This document shows, one piece after another, positions 1-11,939 of a stretch of 64,000 nucleotides of DNA; positions within the stretch are counted from its first letter, which is position 1, and every line of letters begins with the position of its first letter. Under the pieces are notes generated by a model. It was not told the DNA's origin, ran no database searches, and saw only the letters and a list, made by a program, of their open reading frames with translations. Source of the DNA: Rhina ancylostomus. Its lineage: Eukaryota. The stretch covers positions 16,397,065 through 16,461,064 of the forward strand of contig JARFYF010000056.1 in the NCBI GenBank assembly GCA_030265395.1, read 5' to 3'. A program made the position numbers and the translations under genes.

Positions 1-720
1 TAATCTTAGCTATGGAGTCCAGCTGAAGACAGCTTCCTTTCTTGCCAGCTCTGCAGATTAACTCCACTCCAGCCACAACCAAGTTGGTGGCTAGATCCAC
101 TATTTCTAAACAATTGAGAAATAGGTTGCGGCAATGATCATTGTCTGTACTGAGTATGGGTCTGTGGTGGACCCATTGGTTAGGATCTTTGCTCACATGC
201 AGAACGAAAATGAATTTTTATGGAAAGTCAAATGTGACAAAGGGTTCACCATAAACCCTGTAAATGGTAGCCTCAAAGGTTTTCGTGAACTTGAAAAAGA
301 TCAGGTACAGTGGTTGGTGTTGATCTCTATACTTTTTTTGGGTTTGTTGCATGGTTAAGATCATGATCAAGACCGTGCTCACTGCAACTCTGGCTGGGCA
401 GAATCCACACAGTGACACTGAGAGGAGCTCTTTTGACCATTGGGAGTAGGCATTTGAGGAGGATCCTTGCAGTGACTTTCACAGGGCAGAGAGCAGGATT
501 AGAATCTGTAATGACCACAATCAAATGTGTCTCCATTCTTGAAGACATTCATAATTAGCATGTGCGAGATCCACGGCATGCTCTCCTCTACCTAGGTGAG
601 TGAGACAAAGTTATGAATTCATGCCAGAAGTACTTCCAAGTTTTACTACTAGCAGGGATTTCATCTGATCTCAAGGCCTTGAAGGTTTTCAGCTACTGGA
701 AGGCATTTTCAACCTGTTGC
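1..720 (-). mobile_element. Decayed RTE-clade LINE, reverse transcriptase fragment
   Basis: Minus ORFs 218-418 (CGFCPAR..STVLIMILTMQQTQKKYRDQHQPLYLIFFKFTKTFE) and 327-548 (KVTARILLKCLLP) resemble RTE RT motifs QCGFR..STxDMIF..QEKCREQ.QPLY..F.DLTKAFD; frameshifted. Confidence 0.6.
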
Positions 721-1039
721 TTGTCTGGGTAGTGCCAAGAACTTGGAAGTGCTTCTTTCAGGGAAGTCTGATTATATCTCTATTTTTAATAAGCTTTCTT
801 CTGTTCTTGAACATCAGTGGGGAGCTTTGGGTGTTTGGGCACCCNNNNNNNNNNNNNNNNNNNNNNNNNNNNNNNNNNNNNNNNNNNNNNNNNNNNNNNN
901 NNNNNNNNNNNNNNNNNNNNNNNNNNNNNNNNNNNNNNNNNNNNAAACTAACTTGATAATTGATGGATATTCATATATCTATATTTGCTATTTGGGGAAG
1001 GCAGCCATTGATAAAAGTCACCACCAGTGTGTGTGTCAG

Positions 1040-1265
1040 CAAAACCTTTGGACCAGTGAAGAAAGGGGTGGAGCAAAAAATCTGCAAACATTGGAAATCT
1101 GGAACAAAAACAGGAACCTGGTTCTTGAAGTTGTTCATTCTCTCTGTTTTCTACTTTCTGGTTTTCTGCATCTTTAAACACTTGTGTTCTTACTTTTCCA
1201 ATTCTAATGAAAGGCCGTTAACCAGAAAGGTTGACTCCTGAGTACTTACAGCATTTTCTGCTCAG
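1040..1265. mobile_element. Penelope-type terminal (pLTR) fragments in inverted arrangement
   Basis: ctgcaaacattggaaatctggaacaaaaacagg followed by its approximate reverse complement and a decayed ctaatga...gaaa segment; same repeat recurs across the window. Confidence 0.4.
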
Positions 1266-1299
1266 TTGAGGAAAGGGATATTTGTGAAGACCATGGCTA

Positions 1300-1740
1300 T
1301 AAAGCTCAGTGCCTAGCTTGTGGCTTACTGAGCAGCAGTTGTCCCTGCCCTCCTGTATGCTTTGGAGTCCTGGGTAACCTATACTAAAGCACTGGATAAA
1401 TATGTCAATGCTGTCTCTGCAAAATCCCCCAAATTGATTGCCTCTCCTAGGTTAACATTCCCATTACTGAGGCTCAATTGTGCTTGACCAGTCCAGTGGT
1501 TGGGCCACATAGTCAACAGCACTCCCAAGATGAGCAGTTTTACCAGGAACGAGATTTCCTAGAGGACAGAGGATTCTTCAAGGGAAAATTTATCATCTCC
1601 TTGTTGACTGGCTCATGGGAATCCCTGGTCCCTGACTCTGCAGAATAGAGAAGCAACCCATAGGAGCACACTCGACTTTCCACACCAAGAGCAAGTGGAG
1701 GCCACTTGTGAAAGGAAAAGGACTTCCAAACTACCGAGGC
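1300..1740 (+). mobile_element. Decayed RTE-clade LINE, 3' part of ORF
   Basis: gttgtccctgccctcctgtatgctttggagtcctgg = VVPALLYALESW, then aaagcactgga...tgtctctgcaaaatc (KALE..CLRKI-like), typical of the RTE C-terminal region. Confidence 0.5.
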
Positions 1741-2209
1741 ACTTCACAGATCATGAGCTTTGATTTTTTTTGTTCTAATTGTGTTCTTTGTTGTAAAAAT
1801 TGTGTTTAATTTATGCTTTTCTTTGGAATGCTATGTGCCTAAGATGCTGCTGCAAATAAGTTTTTCATTGCACCTGTGCATATGACAATAAACTCAACTT
1901 TGACTTTGTCACTGTAAAATTTAGCCTGGTACAGAACACGATCCCTCAAGCAGCAAAGGTCCCTCGATCCCTCAAAGATGTAGTTTTGGGGGAAACAATC
2001 AGAAACAGAGAACTAAACCTTTTCTCAAAAATATTATCTCATGAAGATGGGAGAAATAGTCCATCTTGTCTTTCCTTATAATGTAGGTTAAAAGGATGAG
2101 ACAATAAAAACTTTTCAGAAGAACAATAATTCAATTAAGACTGACACAATCCTTTGGTAGAGGAAGTACTGAACAGAATTAAGAGTTGAGTGCTTCAGGA
2201 ATAATTTTC

Positions 2210-2620
2210 TACAGAGCATCTTTTACACTAGAGCACAGAAGGCAGCTGTTTAGACCACTAAATCCACACCTGCTCTCTGTACAGCAACCCCCTCAGTCCC
2301 AATCCCATACTCTTTCTTTGTAATCATGCAAATCATTTTCCATTATCTTCAATTCTACCTTTAAAGTCCTGATTGACTCAGTTTCTTTCACTCAAACAGA
2401 AAGGAAGATCCAGGTCATTAACATTCTCTACACAGGAAGCTTTCTCCCTCCATCCCTCTGTATTCTTTGAATCTCTGTCCCCTGGTTCTTGAAGCACACT
2501 GTAAAGGGAAAGGCTTACCCATCTAAATGACATGGTTTTGTGCACTTCTATCAAATCTCCTCTCAACCTTAATTTGCTCGAAGGAGAACCACTCCAGCTT
2601 GTCCAACAGCAGACATCTGG
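2210..2620 (-). mobile_element. CR1 LINE 3' fragment
   Basis: Minus ORF 2378-2665 contains LRLRGDLIEVHKTM, matching the CR1 C-terminal RRLRGDLIEVYKI motif. Confidence 0.6.
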
Positions 2621-3339
2621 AATATCCCCCCTCTCCAAACAAAAAATATTGAGGGTGGGGATCATTACAAATCTTCAAATGAGGTTGACATTGATATAAT
2701 TGAGTACAGATACAGTTGATATAGTTGAGTAAGGATATTCAAGAAAAGAGGTTACTACACAGGTTAGCCCTGATCTAATGTGACATCAGATGTGTCTTGT
2801 TCTGTCCCTATAAAATGGACTGGAATCATCAAATGGGGGAGACGGGACTCTGGTGAATTGCATGATCTGAAGTATGCTTACACCAGACTTCATGCCTGTA
2901 ATTGGGTACATGGCACCCAATGCCATGACTGCAACGACAAACATATTCTTTTTGGGATTGTTTCCCCATATGTCTTATGGATTGAATGGTTAAAGCATAC
3001 CACTGCAATGAAGATCTTTCCCAGCAGACTTGGCCCTTTGCTGAAACTGTGACACATCTCAGGATGAAGGCTTCAGAATAGAGTTCCTGGAAAAGGCTTA
3101 CCACAATCAACTGCTGCCACACAATGTACAGTTAACTAAATCACCAAGGCAGGAAATGCTGGATGGGACAGCAAGAGAGGCAGGAAAGTACTTAATCAGT
3201 AGCACTTAATGAGAGATCAGAATTCTCTGGATTTTAACCATCACTTGGAGTATCACACTGAATTACTGCCTGCAGCTTCCAACCAGACTCTCCAATGCTG
3301 CCCAAAACAAGTTCAACAGGCACTTATAACTCATGATGG

Positions 3340-3880
3340 AAGACTTGCATTTCTATTGTGCCTTTCGTAATCCCAGGATGCTCAAGATACCATACAATCA
3401 ATGAAACCATGTACACAGTATGTAATGTAGTAAACACAGCCACCAATTTGTACACATCAAGCTCCTTTAAACAACGATGAGATAACAACAAGATAACTTG
3501 ATCTTGTTTAGTTATGTCAACTAAGGAATAAATATTAATCAGGATACTATGGACAACTCCACTCTACTATAAAATGGTGCCTGGGAGTCTTATCTATCTA
3601 CTTAGCAGAGCAGGTAGGCTCTTGGTTGAATGTCCAATCAAAAAGATGACATCGCTGATGACACAACACCTGAAAATAAAAAAAAACAAAGCCTGGAAAT
3701 CTAAAATAAAAGCAGAAAATGCTGACAATACTCAGCATGTCAAGCTTCATCTGTAGGAAAAGAAACAGAGCTAGTGTTTCAGGTTAAAGACCCCTCATCA
3801 AAAGATATTTGAGCACTCAAGTTTGTGCACAATTCCCTGGACTGGAGCTTTAACTCATATCCCTCTCACTGGTGAAAGTG
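3340..3880 (-). mobile_element. DeuSINE-like SINE interrupted by a Penelope terminal fragment (~3670-3805)
   Basis: Reverse complement of the Deu-domain/tail text (agacttgcatttctat..gcctttc..cagccaccaatttgtacac..aaatatt..aggat); the insert has gaaatctaaaataaaagcagaaaatgctg..gtttcaggt..tcatca. Confidence 0.55.
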
Positions 3881-4129
3881 ATAACTCATGACTGATACAC
3901 ATCAGTTTGAGTGCAAAGGCTATCTTGAAGAAACTAGGAGCATTTTAGCATCCAGCAAGTCTCATCTCCAAGCCAGGGGAATGAAACATCAATCCCTATT
4001 CAAGTCATCAATCAGCACAGGTACTGTGAGGTTGCTCCACAGTCAAAAATAATTCATATAAAACATTAAACCAAGGTCCCATATAGGTACTCCAGATATT
4101 CTGGGAGCAGTGTGTGATCAAGAGCAGGA

Positions 4130-4430
4130 CGGCACAGAACAGTGGCACTGTTCCAAACACCCGAGTTCAATTCTGACCTCAAATGCTGTCTTGGTGGAGT
4201 CTGCATCATCTCCCAGTAACTACATGGGTTTTCCCAGTGCTCTGTTGCTTCCCACACCCCAAAGACAAAATGGTTTCTAGGTTAAGTGGAGTTTAAGTTA
4301 TGCCTCACAAGGAATCAGAGGTTGGAGACCAGTGAGCACATGAGGCAATGGGTAAGAGGGAAATGAGGGTGAATGGGATTGCCCCGAGAGCTGGCACAGA
4401 CTTGATGGGCCAAAAGCCCCATATCACCAG
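4130..4430 (+). mobile_element. V-SINE/HE1-like tRNA-derived SINE
   Basis: B-box-like gagttcaattc, then V-domain text gtggagtctgcat..tgggttttcccagtgctc..tcccacaccccaaagac. Confidence 0.65.
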
Positions 4431-4659
4431 AAACCATGGAACAGCTTGTCTTAAACTATCCCCCTTTATTATCAGCAAAAACAGATGAACTGATCATGAA
4501 CATCAGCATTATTCCTATCTTAGGGTGAAAACAATGCAAATTACAGCAAAAGCCTGATGTATTAGTGTAGTAACTGTAGGCAAGGACTAAAGACCTTAAC
4601 TCAAGCAACAGCAAACTGGATACAATAAAAACCTAGCAAACAGAAACAAAGACAAGCTA

Positions 4660-5910
4660 TTTGGCTCCTGGTGCCTGCTGTTCTTGGCCTCAGTTCCACT
4701 TTCCTTTCTGTTCTCCTATAGATCAAAAATCTATCCTGGCTTTCAGCATTCTCAATCACAGCTCTCTGGAGTGGAGAATTCCAAAGATTCATGAGTCTTT
4801 AGCCTAGGTTGACAGGAGGCGGCAGCAACTGTTAAACTCCTGGCCAAAGGTTGTGGGAGTCTAGCTAAAAGAAATTCCTCCTCATCAGTCTGAAATGGGC
4901 AGCCCCTTATTCTGAAACTAAGCTTCCTTGTTTTAGATTCTCCTGTGAGGGAAAATATCTTCTCAGCATCTCTCCTATCAAACCCCTTCAGAATCTTTTA
5001 TGCTAGGATTACTTCCATTCTCCTAAATTCCAATGAGTATAGGTCAAACCTGCTCAATCACTCCTCACAAAATAACCCTTTATTCCAAGTCAACCTACTC
5101 AAGACTACCCCCAATGTCAGTACATAGCTTCTTAAATAAGAGCAAAAACATATGGCATGCTCCAAGTATGGCCTCACCAAACCCTGTAAAGTTTTATCAA
5201 GATCTTCCTACTTTTATACTCCATCCCCTTTACAATAAAGGCCAACTTTCTTAAATTACTTGCTCAATTTGCATGCTATCCTTGTTGTACATGCAATCAA
5301 AGGATACCCTCTATACCACACCACAATTTCTGCATTTCTACTCTTCCTATCAAATGTCAAATTTTTCATTACACTCTACCAAACTTTGGCACTCTTGTTT
5401 AATTTTATTTTGCTTCACAACCTTCTGATGCTCTCCTCATGACGTGCTTTTCCACCCAGTTTTATCATCAGCAAATTTGGCTACAATACACCCAGTCCTT
5501 TCACCCAGATTGTAGACAACTGAAGCAGCACTGATCCCCGTGGCACCCCACAAGTTGCAGCCTACCAACCTAAAAATGATCCAATTGCAATGATTCTATG
5601 TTAATTAGCCTTTCTTATATCCAAGTCAATAACATAATGCTAACCTCATGCAACTCTTATCTTATGCATTTCATGTGGGACACTATTAAGTGACCTTTGG
5701 GAATCTAAATACATCACATGTCCCCCTTATGNNNNNNNNNNNNNNNNNNNNNNNNNNNNNNNNNNNNNNNNNNNNNNNNNNNNNNCATAAAATGATGTTC
5801 AACATACTTAGTCCTGTCATGATTTTCTAACTAGCCTGCTACTTTATCCAAGTAACGGATTCCAGCAATTTCCAACAACAGACATCAGGCTAACTACTGG
5901 TTTCTGTTTT
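4660..5910 (-). mobile_element. CR1 LINE fragment (RT to 3' end), degenerate
   Basis: Minus ORF 4601-4792 NLWNSPLQRAVIE; plus-strand atcatcagcaaatttgg is KFADD on minus. Confidence 0.65.
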
Positions 5911-5989
5911 GTGGTTCTCTCCAAAAGGAACACTATTCCCATTCTTATGCCAACTAACTATCAGAGAACCAAATAAATACCTTGCTGAA

Positions 5990-7727
5990 AGACAGAACTA
6001 AACACATTAAACCTTTTATCACAAAAACCTGCACCCACCTCATGAGGCAAAGCCAACCATCCCCCACAATGGGTTGAAAGTAAACCAGATGCCACCCATA
6101 TCCCCCCCCCCATACCCCCACTGAGAATGAAGTGGGACACACCCAGGTTGAGGGTAAGTCAGGCAAGCTCTCCTGACAAAGGGGAAACCAGGCACACCTC
6201 TCCTGGGCCAGTGGTAAAAAAGACATCCCCACCAAAGTCAAGAATAAATGAGACTGCCACCAGACACCTTCTCTCTCACATAAGAGGCAAACCAGACCCC
6301 TCCTTTCCCACCCCACCCATCCATAGTCAAGAGCATATGAGATACCCCCTAACTCAGAATGAGGATAAACCAGATGTCCTGCTCCCACCAAACTTGTAAA
6401 TGGTAAATCAGAAGACCATCTTCCCGGTTCAAGGGTAAATTGAATGTGCACAGTTTCATGTTATGGATAAACAATGTGCCCCCAGTCAAGATCGAACCAA
6501 TGGAGTCAGCTTCAGATTAGGGCAAATTAGGGCGGTGGGAAACTAGGCATCTGCATTTGTCCAGGGCTAGGGGCACACATCCTGAAGTCCCACATCCTCC
6601 CAGAGTCAGTGGATGCCCAGTGCAAGGATGAATAAGACATCCCTCTGATCCCAGGTTTGAATGTAGACTGGACACCCCTCCCACCCTGAATTTGAGATTT
6701 ATAAAAATACACCTTCCCATTGTAAATGCAAGCTAGACTCTCACCAACTCTGGGCAATTGCTACCTCCCCTGTCATCCTAGGCTAACAGTAAACTAAATT
6801 ACCCCTCCCAGCTAAGGGTAAACCAGATGACCACTTATCCCTGATCAAATGCAAGCTAGGAGTCCACCACTTTACATCATGGCTACAAGAGGTGTCCTCC
6901 AAACCAGATGCTCCTCGCCCTTGCTCAGAGCTACATAGATGCCCACAATCACTATTGATGGTTGTCAAAATGCTCAGCAACCCCCACCCCGCCATGTCAA
7001 ATTAGATACCCTCCGATCCTGGACTCAAGAGTAAACCCATCGCTAGTCCATAGCATGTCACACACTCACCATTTCTGGCAAAGGGTATACCACACTACCC
7101 CCATTCAAGACTAATGGTACACAAGAATGAACCACCTCACCCCCCGCTGGGTTGCGGACACACCAAAATGCCCCACCATTGGGTAAAAGTCACCAGATTA
7201 GCCTATTATGGGTACTGATTCAGTTTGAGATGCTAGTACATAATGTGAGTACACTGTATCACCCCAGCATAGGATATGCCAAGGCGACCCCCATCCCAGA
7301 TCCAGGGTACACCAGACGATTCCCATCTCGGAGTGAACATAAATCAGACACCTCCCTCCGGAGTTAATGAAAACACTGTTGTAAGATTAACCCTGACGAG
7401 TCCAAATCCCCAAGATCCATGGTCAAGTATAAGGTGAGCACACCTTTCCCTCCCATTCCCATCATACAAAGTGCACAAGGTCTTCAATTGGTAAACTAGA
7501 CACCCCCCTCCTACTAAACTATACAGAAAGTACCTTCTCCTGGATTGAGGGTAAACCAAACCAATTCCCAACCTTGTTTGATGGTAACACGGCTAACCAA
7601 CCGCACCGTTCACCAAGAGGGAAGCAAACATCACCGCATCCCGGTACAGATTCAACCACACACCCGCACTCCAAGGATTCACCAGACGGCGCCTAATCTC
7701 CCAGTGTAAACAAAACACCGCGTCCCA
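5990..7727. repeat. Highly degenerate ~30-40 bp tandem repeat, core GGTAAACCAGA plus C-tract
   Basis: Recurring gtaaaccagat / ggcaaaccagac / gataaaccagat / ggtaaatcaga / ggtaaactagac cores, each followed by C-rich runs, over ~1.7 kb. Confidence 0.6.
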
Positions 7728-8325
7728 NNNNNNNNNNNNNNNNNNNNNNNNNNNNNNNNNNNNNNNNNNNNNNNNNNNNNNNNNNNNNNNNNNNNNNNNN
7801 NNNNNNNNNTCCCAGACCCTCCCACCCCCCGACCGTGCGTTCGCCCCTTCCTCCCTCCCGGGACGCTCCGACCCCACAGGGTTGCAGTGTGAGGCGGGGA
7901 ACGGGAGGTCCCAGGCCCCCAGGAAGGTGAACCCTGGACCGGATCAGGCGGAGGGCCGGGCTGGGCTGGGACCCTCCCGCCCCCCGGGTTTAGGGTGACC
8001 CCCCCTCCGGGTCCGGGATGCACAACCGGTGACCCGGGCCCGGGACTCGCCTCGGGGTCAGGCCGGCCCGCAGCGGCCCTGCCCGCCCGGGGGTCCACCG
8101 ACAGGACCCAGGGGTCGGCCCGGTCTCCACAGCCGCCCTCCGCTCTACCCAGCCCGGGATATCAGGACGGAGAGGGGCCGAGCGTCCGCTGCCAGGGTCC
8201 CGGGACCTCCCCCCGCCCTCGCTGCTCCGTTTTGTGGGGAATCGGAGGCAAAGATGGCGGCCGGATGCCGCCGGGAACAAAGCGGGAGAAAACCTCGGGA
8301 TCGGAACCACGAAAAGGCCCTTTAC

Positions 8326-8500
8326 CTCAGAAATACCGACCTCGGCTCGTTCTCGGGGCTTCCTCGGCCTCAACTGCAGCAGGAAACGGGGATCGGTGCC
8401 GAACTACAGCCCGATGGCGGCGGATGGAGAAAGATCCGGGGCCTAAGCAAAAGGATTGAAGAGAATCCGACTCCGGCCTCGTAAACCGGGCTCAGAGACT
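8326..8500 (-). other. Putative non-coding first exon of a leftward gene (PRRC2B by synteny, inferred)
   Basis: Minus-strand donor GAG|GTAAAG with exon end at 8326 inside the CpG island; human order is PLPP7 then PRRC2B on the same strand; no PRRC2B coding exon recognised in the window; 5' limit unknown. Confidence 0.45.
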
Positions 8501-8508
8501 GAGCCTCC

Positions 8509-8865
8509 GCGCCGGGGCGGCGCCTGCCGACGGCCCCTGGAACTGCAGGCAGGAAAACGGTGCCGAGGCGGCGCCTGCCGACGGCCCCGGGAACTGCAGG
8601 CAGGGAAACGGCGCCGGGGTGGCACCTGGTGGCAATACAGGGAACTGCGTCCAGGGAAACGGCGCCAAGGCGGCGCCTAGTGGCAACACAGAGAACTGCA
8701 CCAAGGGAAACGGCGCCAAGGCGACGCCTAGTGGCAATACAGGGAACTGCGCCCAGGGAAACGGCGCCAAGGCGGCGCTTAGTGGCAACATAAAGATCTG
8801 CAGCTAAGGAATCAACATTGAGGCGGCACCCGGCGGCTGTACAGAGAGTTCTACCTGGGAAACAG
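8509..8865 (-). repeat. 51-bp GC-rich tandem repeat, block 1 (7 units), CTCF-motif-like
   Basis: Units start at 8509, 8560, 8611, 8662, 8713, 8764, 8815; e.g. gcgccggggtggcacctggtggcaatacagggaactgcgtccagggaaacg. Confidence 0.9.
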
Positions 8866-9449
8866 TAAATGATTTTCTTTAAACTGCAGAGGCAGAAAAT
8901 CTGAAATAAAGACAGAAAAGCTCAGCAGCACAGCCAACATCCGAAAAAAGAAAATCAGAATTAGCGTGTCAGGTCTGAGGCTTTTCGTCAGAACTGAAAA
9001 ACAGAGAAAACAAGTTAGTTTTCAGAAGCAGAGAAGATGGTGACAACAAAGGGAATGTATATGCCCTGCTCTGTATCTCTTGATATATTTCAAAAAGAGA
9101 ACAAAAATAAAGTATCAGAGTAAACTTACATGGAGTGTAAGAACAGACTGTGAAAGATTCTGCAAGTGTGTAAGAAATGTGAAGAAATTTAGGCCCCTTG
9201 GTTGGAAATGAAGCATGAAACCTCTTTGCATCCTCATAACTATTCACGTTCCCACCTGAGTCAGCAGCAGACTCGGAAATGTTACATTTCAACCAAATTG
9301 AATTCTGAACAGTCAGATCTCTATTCCCAGCTCATCACATGTAGAGATCACATTTTTCCTATTCTTTGTTTTCTATGTTAACCAGCATTCAAATCATGCT
9401 AGGATGATACCCCCAAAGCCACGTGCTGTCACTTACTTGAGTAATGGGA

Positions 9450-9920
9450 CCTTATCAATAATCTACTGAAAATCCAAATGCACCACATCCACTGGTTCCC
9501 ATCCACTCCACTAGATACATCCTCAAAGAACTCCAGTATAGTAACTGAACATTATTTCCCTTTCATTCATCCATATTGACTCTGATCAATGATCATCTTA
9601 CTTTCTAAATGTCTGTTTCAGGCTCATTAATTTCTCTATAGTAACACTAATTTCTTTAACTTCCTCATTTGCACTGACATTTTATTCTTCAGTACTTCTG
9701 AAATTTTTTGTATCATTTTCCATGAAGGCAGATACAATGCATCAGTTTAATTCCTCTGCTGTTTGGTCATTCTCCATTAGAAATTATCCCATTTCCACCT
9801 TTAAGGATTCTGCATTTGCTCTTGCTGGTCTTTATTTTTATCAATGCCTACAGAAGCTCTTACCAATTTTTTTGTTGTTGCTAGTTTACTCTTTCTTTAT
9901 CAATTTCTTGATCATCCTTT
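9450..9920 (-). mobile_element. Old CR1 LINE fragment
   Basis: aaatccaaatgcaccacatccactggttc..catcctcaaagaactccagta is the reverse complement of the CR1 LLEFFEDV...VDVVHLDF region. Confidence 0.5.
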
Positions 9921-9960
9921 ACTGAATTCCAAAATGCTCCCACTCCACAGGCCTATCACA

Positions 9961-10061
9961 TCCAGAGAAACAGTGCCAGAGCAGCACCTGTGGTGGTACA
10001 TGGAACTGAACCCAGGGAAACAGCAGCAGGTTGACAATTGGCAGAAGTTCAAGGACCTGCA
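9961..10061 (-). repeat. Isolated degenerate copy/copies of the 51-bp unit
   Basis: tccagagaaacagtgccagagcagcacctgtggtggtacatggaactgaacccagggaaacag aligns to the unit. Confidence 0.7.
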
Positions 10062-10500
10062 ATAAAAAACAAAAGTACTAGAGATCCTCAGCAGGTCAGG
10101 CAGCATCTGTGGAAAGACAACAGAATAAATGTCTCAGGTCAATGACTTTTCATCAGAACTGGAAAAATGAGAAAAACAAAAATGTTACAAGTTGCCAAGA
10201 GCAGACGGGGTGAAGAAAATAATGAGAATGTGGTAGGGTGGAGATCAAGGTTGTCCAGGTGCAGAAATGCCATTGGCACTCACCAAGAGAGGGTGACAAA
10301 TGCATGTAAATCAATGCTGAGCCGTCTGGAGAAGTGCAAGTAGAGAGAGATGAATGAGGGAAGTGGAAAGAAATGAAATGTTGGAACTGTGATGTGCAGG
10401 ACATGGACCAGTCATCAAACTCTGATTCACTCTGCACTGATGCTGCTTAATCTGCTGAGGATTTCTAACATGTTCTGTTTTTATTTCCTTTGTTTATTTT
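10062..10500. mobile_element. Penelope-derived element with inverted terminal copies
   Basis: Left ctcagcaggtcaggcagcatctgtgg; right gatgctgcttaatctgctgagg, the approximate reverse complement. Confidence 0.5.
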
Positions 10501-10529
10501 CTGTAGAGTATTTTTTCTAATTAGAAAGA

Positions 10530-10857
10530 CCTGCATCCAGGGAAACAGCGCCGGAACAGCACCTGCCGGCAATACAGGGAGCTTGCACCCAGGGAAACCG
10601 GCGAAGGCAGGGAACTACACCCGAGGAATCAGCTCAGGGCAGCACCTGCTGGCGGCACAGGGAACTGCACCCGGGGAAACAGCGCCGGGGCGGCACCTGT
10701 TGGCGGCACAGGGAACTGCACCCGGAGAAACAGCGCCGGGGCGGCACCTGCTGGCGGCACAGGGAACTGCACCCGGAGAAACAGCGCCGGGGCGGCACCT
10801 GCTGGTGGCACAGGGAACTGCACCCGGAGAAACTGCGCCGGGGCGGCACCTGGCGGA
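10530..10857 (-). repeat. 51-bp tandem repeat, block 2 (~6 units, last four nearly identical)
   Basis: agcgccggggcggcacctgctggcggcacagggaactgcacccggagaaac repeated; 17-aa periodicity in ORF 10490-10891. Confidence 0.9.
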
Positions 10858-11939
10858 TAAATGGGGAGCTTCAATATGTGGATTGAGGTAAATCTCACCA
10901 TTAAAAATCGCTTAACTTCTGACATCCTTTCACTAGCGGACCGAAAATTCCTCCAATTAATATTTTCGTTTGTTTATAATCGTCCCAGATCTTTATTCCT
11001 CCGAGAGACGCGTAATTCTGCCCTCATGTGCAATCCCCACCTCCATCCCCCAGCCCCGGGGCTTTGCTGCCCAGCCCCTGCCCCAGCGTCGGTTAATTCG
11101 GTTTCCTCCTCTCCAGCTTCTCAACACCAGTTTCTACCCAGAGCCAAGCTGCATCTATGTAAAACCTTGAACTTCTCATAAATGCCTCCAGAACCAAACT
11201 GGGCGTTCTTATTTGCTTTATTGGGGCTTACTATAATGTCAAAGCCAAAACACTACAGATGCGGGAAATAGTTATCAAGTCAGGCAACATCTGTGGAGAA
11301 ATAAACAAAGGTAATGGTTCAGGTATTTGAAGGGCCACCGATCTGAAACAGTGACAGCTCTCTCCAAAGATGCTGTCTCTCTGTTTCTCTTTTATTTTTG
11401 CATAATTTCCTTGCACTTGTATTTTCCTCTGGTAATGAAATCCAGAAACGTGTATTCTTCTATTAATAGAATCATTGGACAAATCTTACTGGTTGTGGCT
11501 GTTCTTCTTTGAACTGATGATAGTCAACTGTGTCTACACAAGCAAGCCCCTGATTTACATGGGCCCTCTGTAGGTCTGAGATATTTTCAACCTGGTGAAT
11601 GGGAGAGGTAGGCAATATCATTTAAAATATTTTATTTCAATCTAATGTTTTTATTGATGTGTAAGTATGTTCACGTGTTTTAATAACTTTAATTTTTCAT
11701 ATAGTTTTTATAATTTCTTCAGTTTTCATAGTTTATAAATGTCCTTGAGTATCAGAGATACTTAAAAAGTTTAAAATTGCTTTGAAGGTTTTAGCAGGAG
11801 ATGATGTTCCAGTCCAGATTATTCCTGGGGCAGGACCTCAGAACTGGCTGCCTCAGGTCTTGCTACCAGTTGGCAAAATCAGCTCTCTGCATCTGGCCCA
11901 GCTTCATTTTTTTCTGAAATTCCATTGATGATGTTTAAG

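Larger units (their letters stand above)
7810..8870. promoter_or_regulatory. CpG island / housekeeping-type promoter with YY1-like motifs
   Basis: Very high GC and dense CpG relative to the CpG-depleted flanks; aagatggcggc at 8251-8261 and gatggcggc at 8413-8421. Confidence 0.85.

Noticed and set aside
7679-8807. Many overlapping Pro/Gly/Arg-rich ORFs
   Set aside because: Expected in a GC-rich CpG island and a period-51 repeat; no recognisable protein
8509-10857. CRISPR-like appearance of regularly spaced repeats
   Set aside because: Whole units repeat with no unique spacers; vertebrate context; no cas genes
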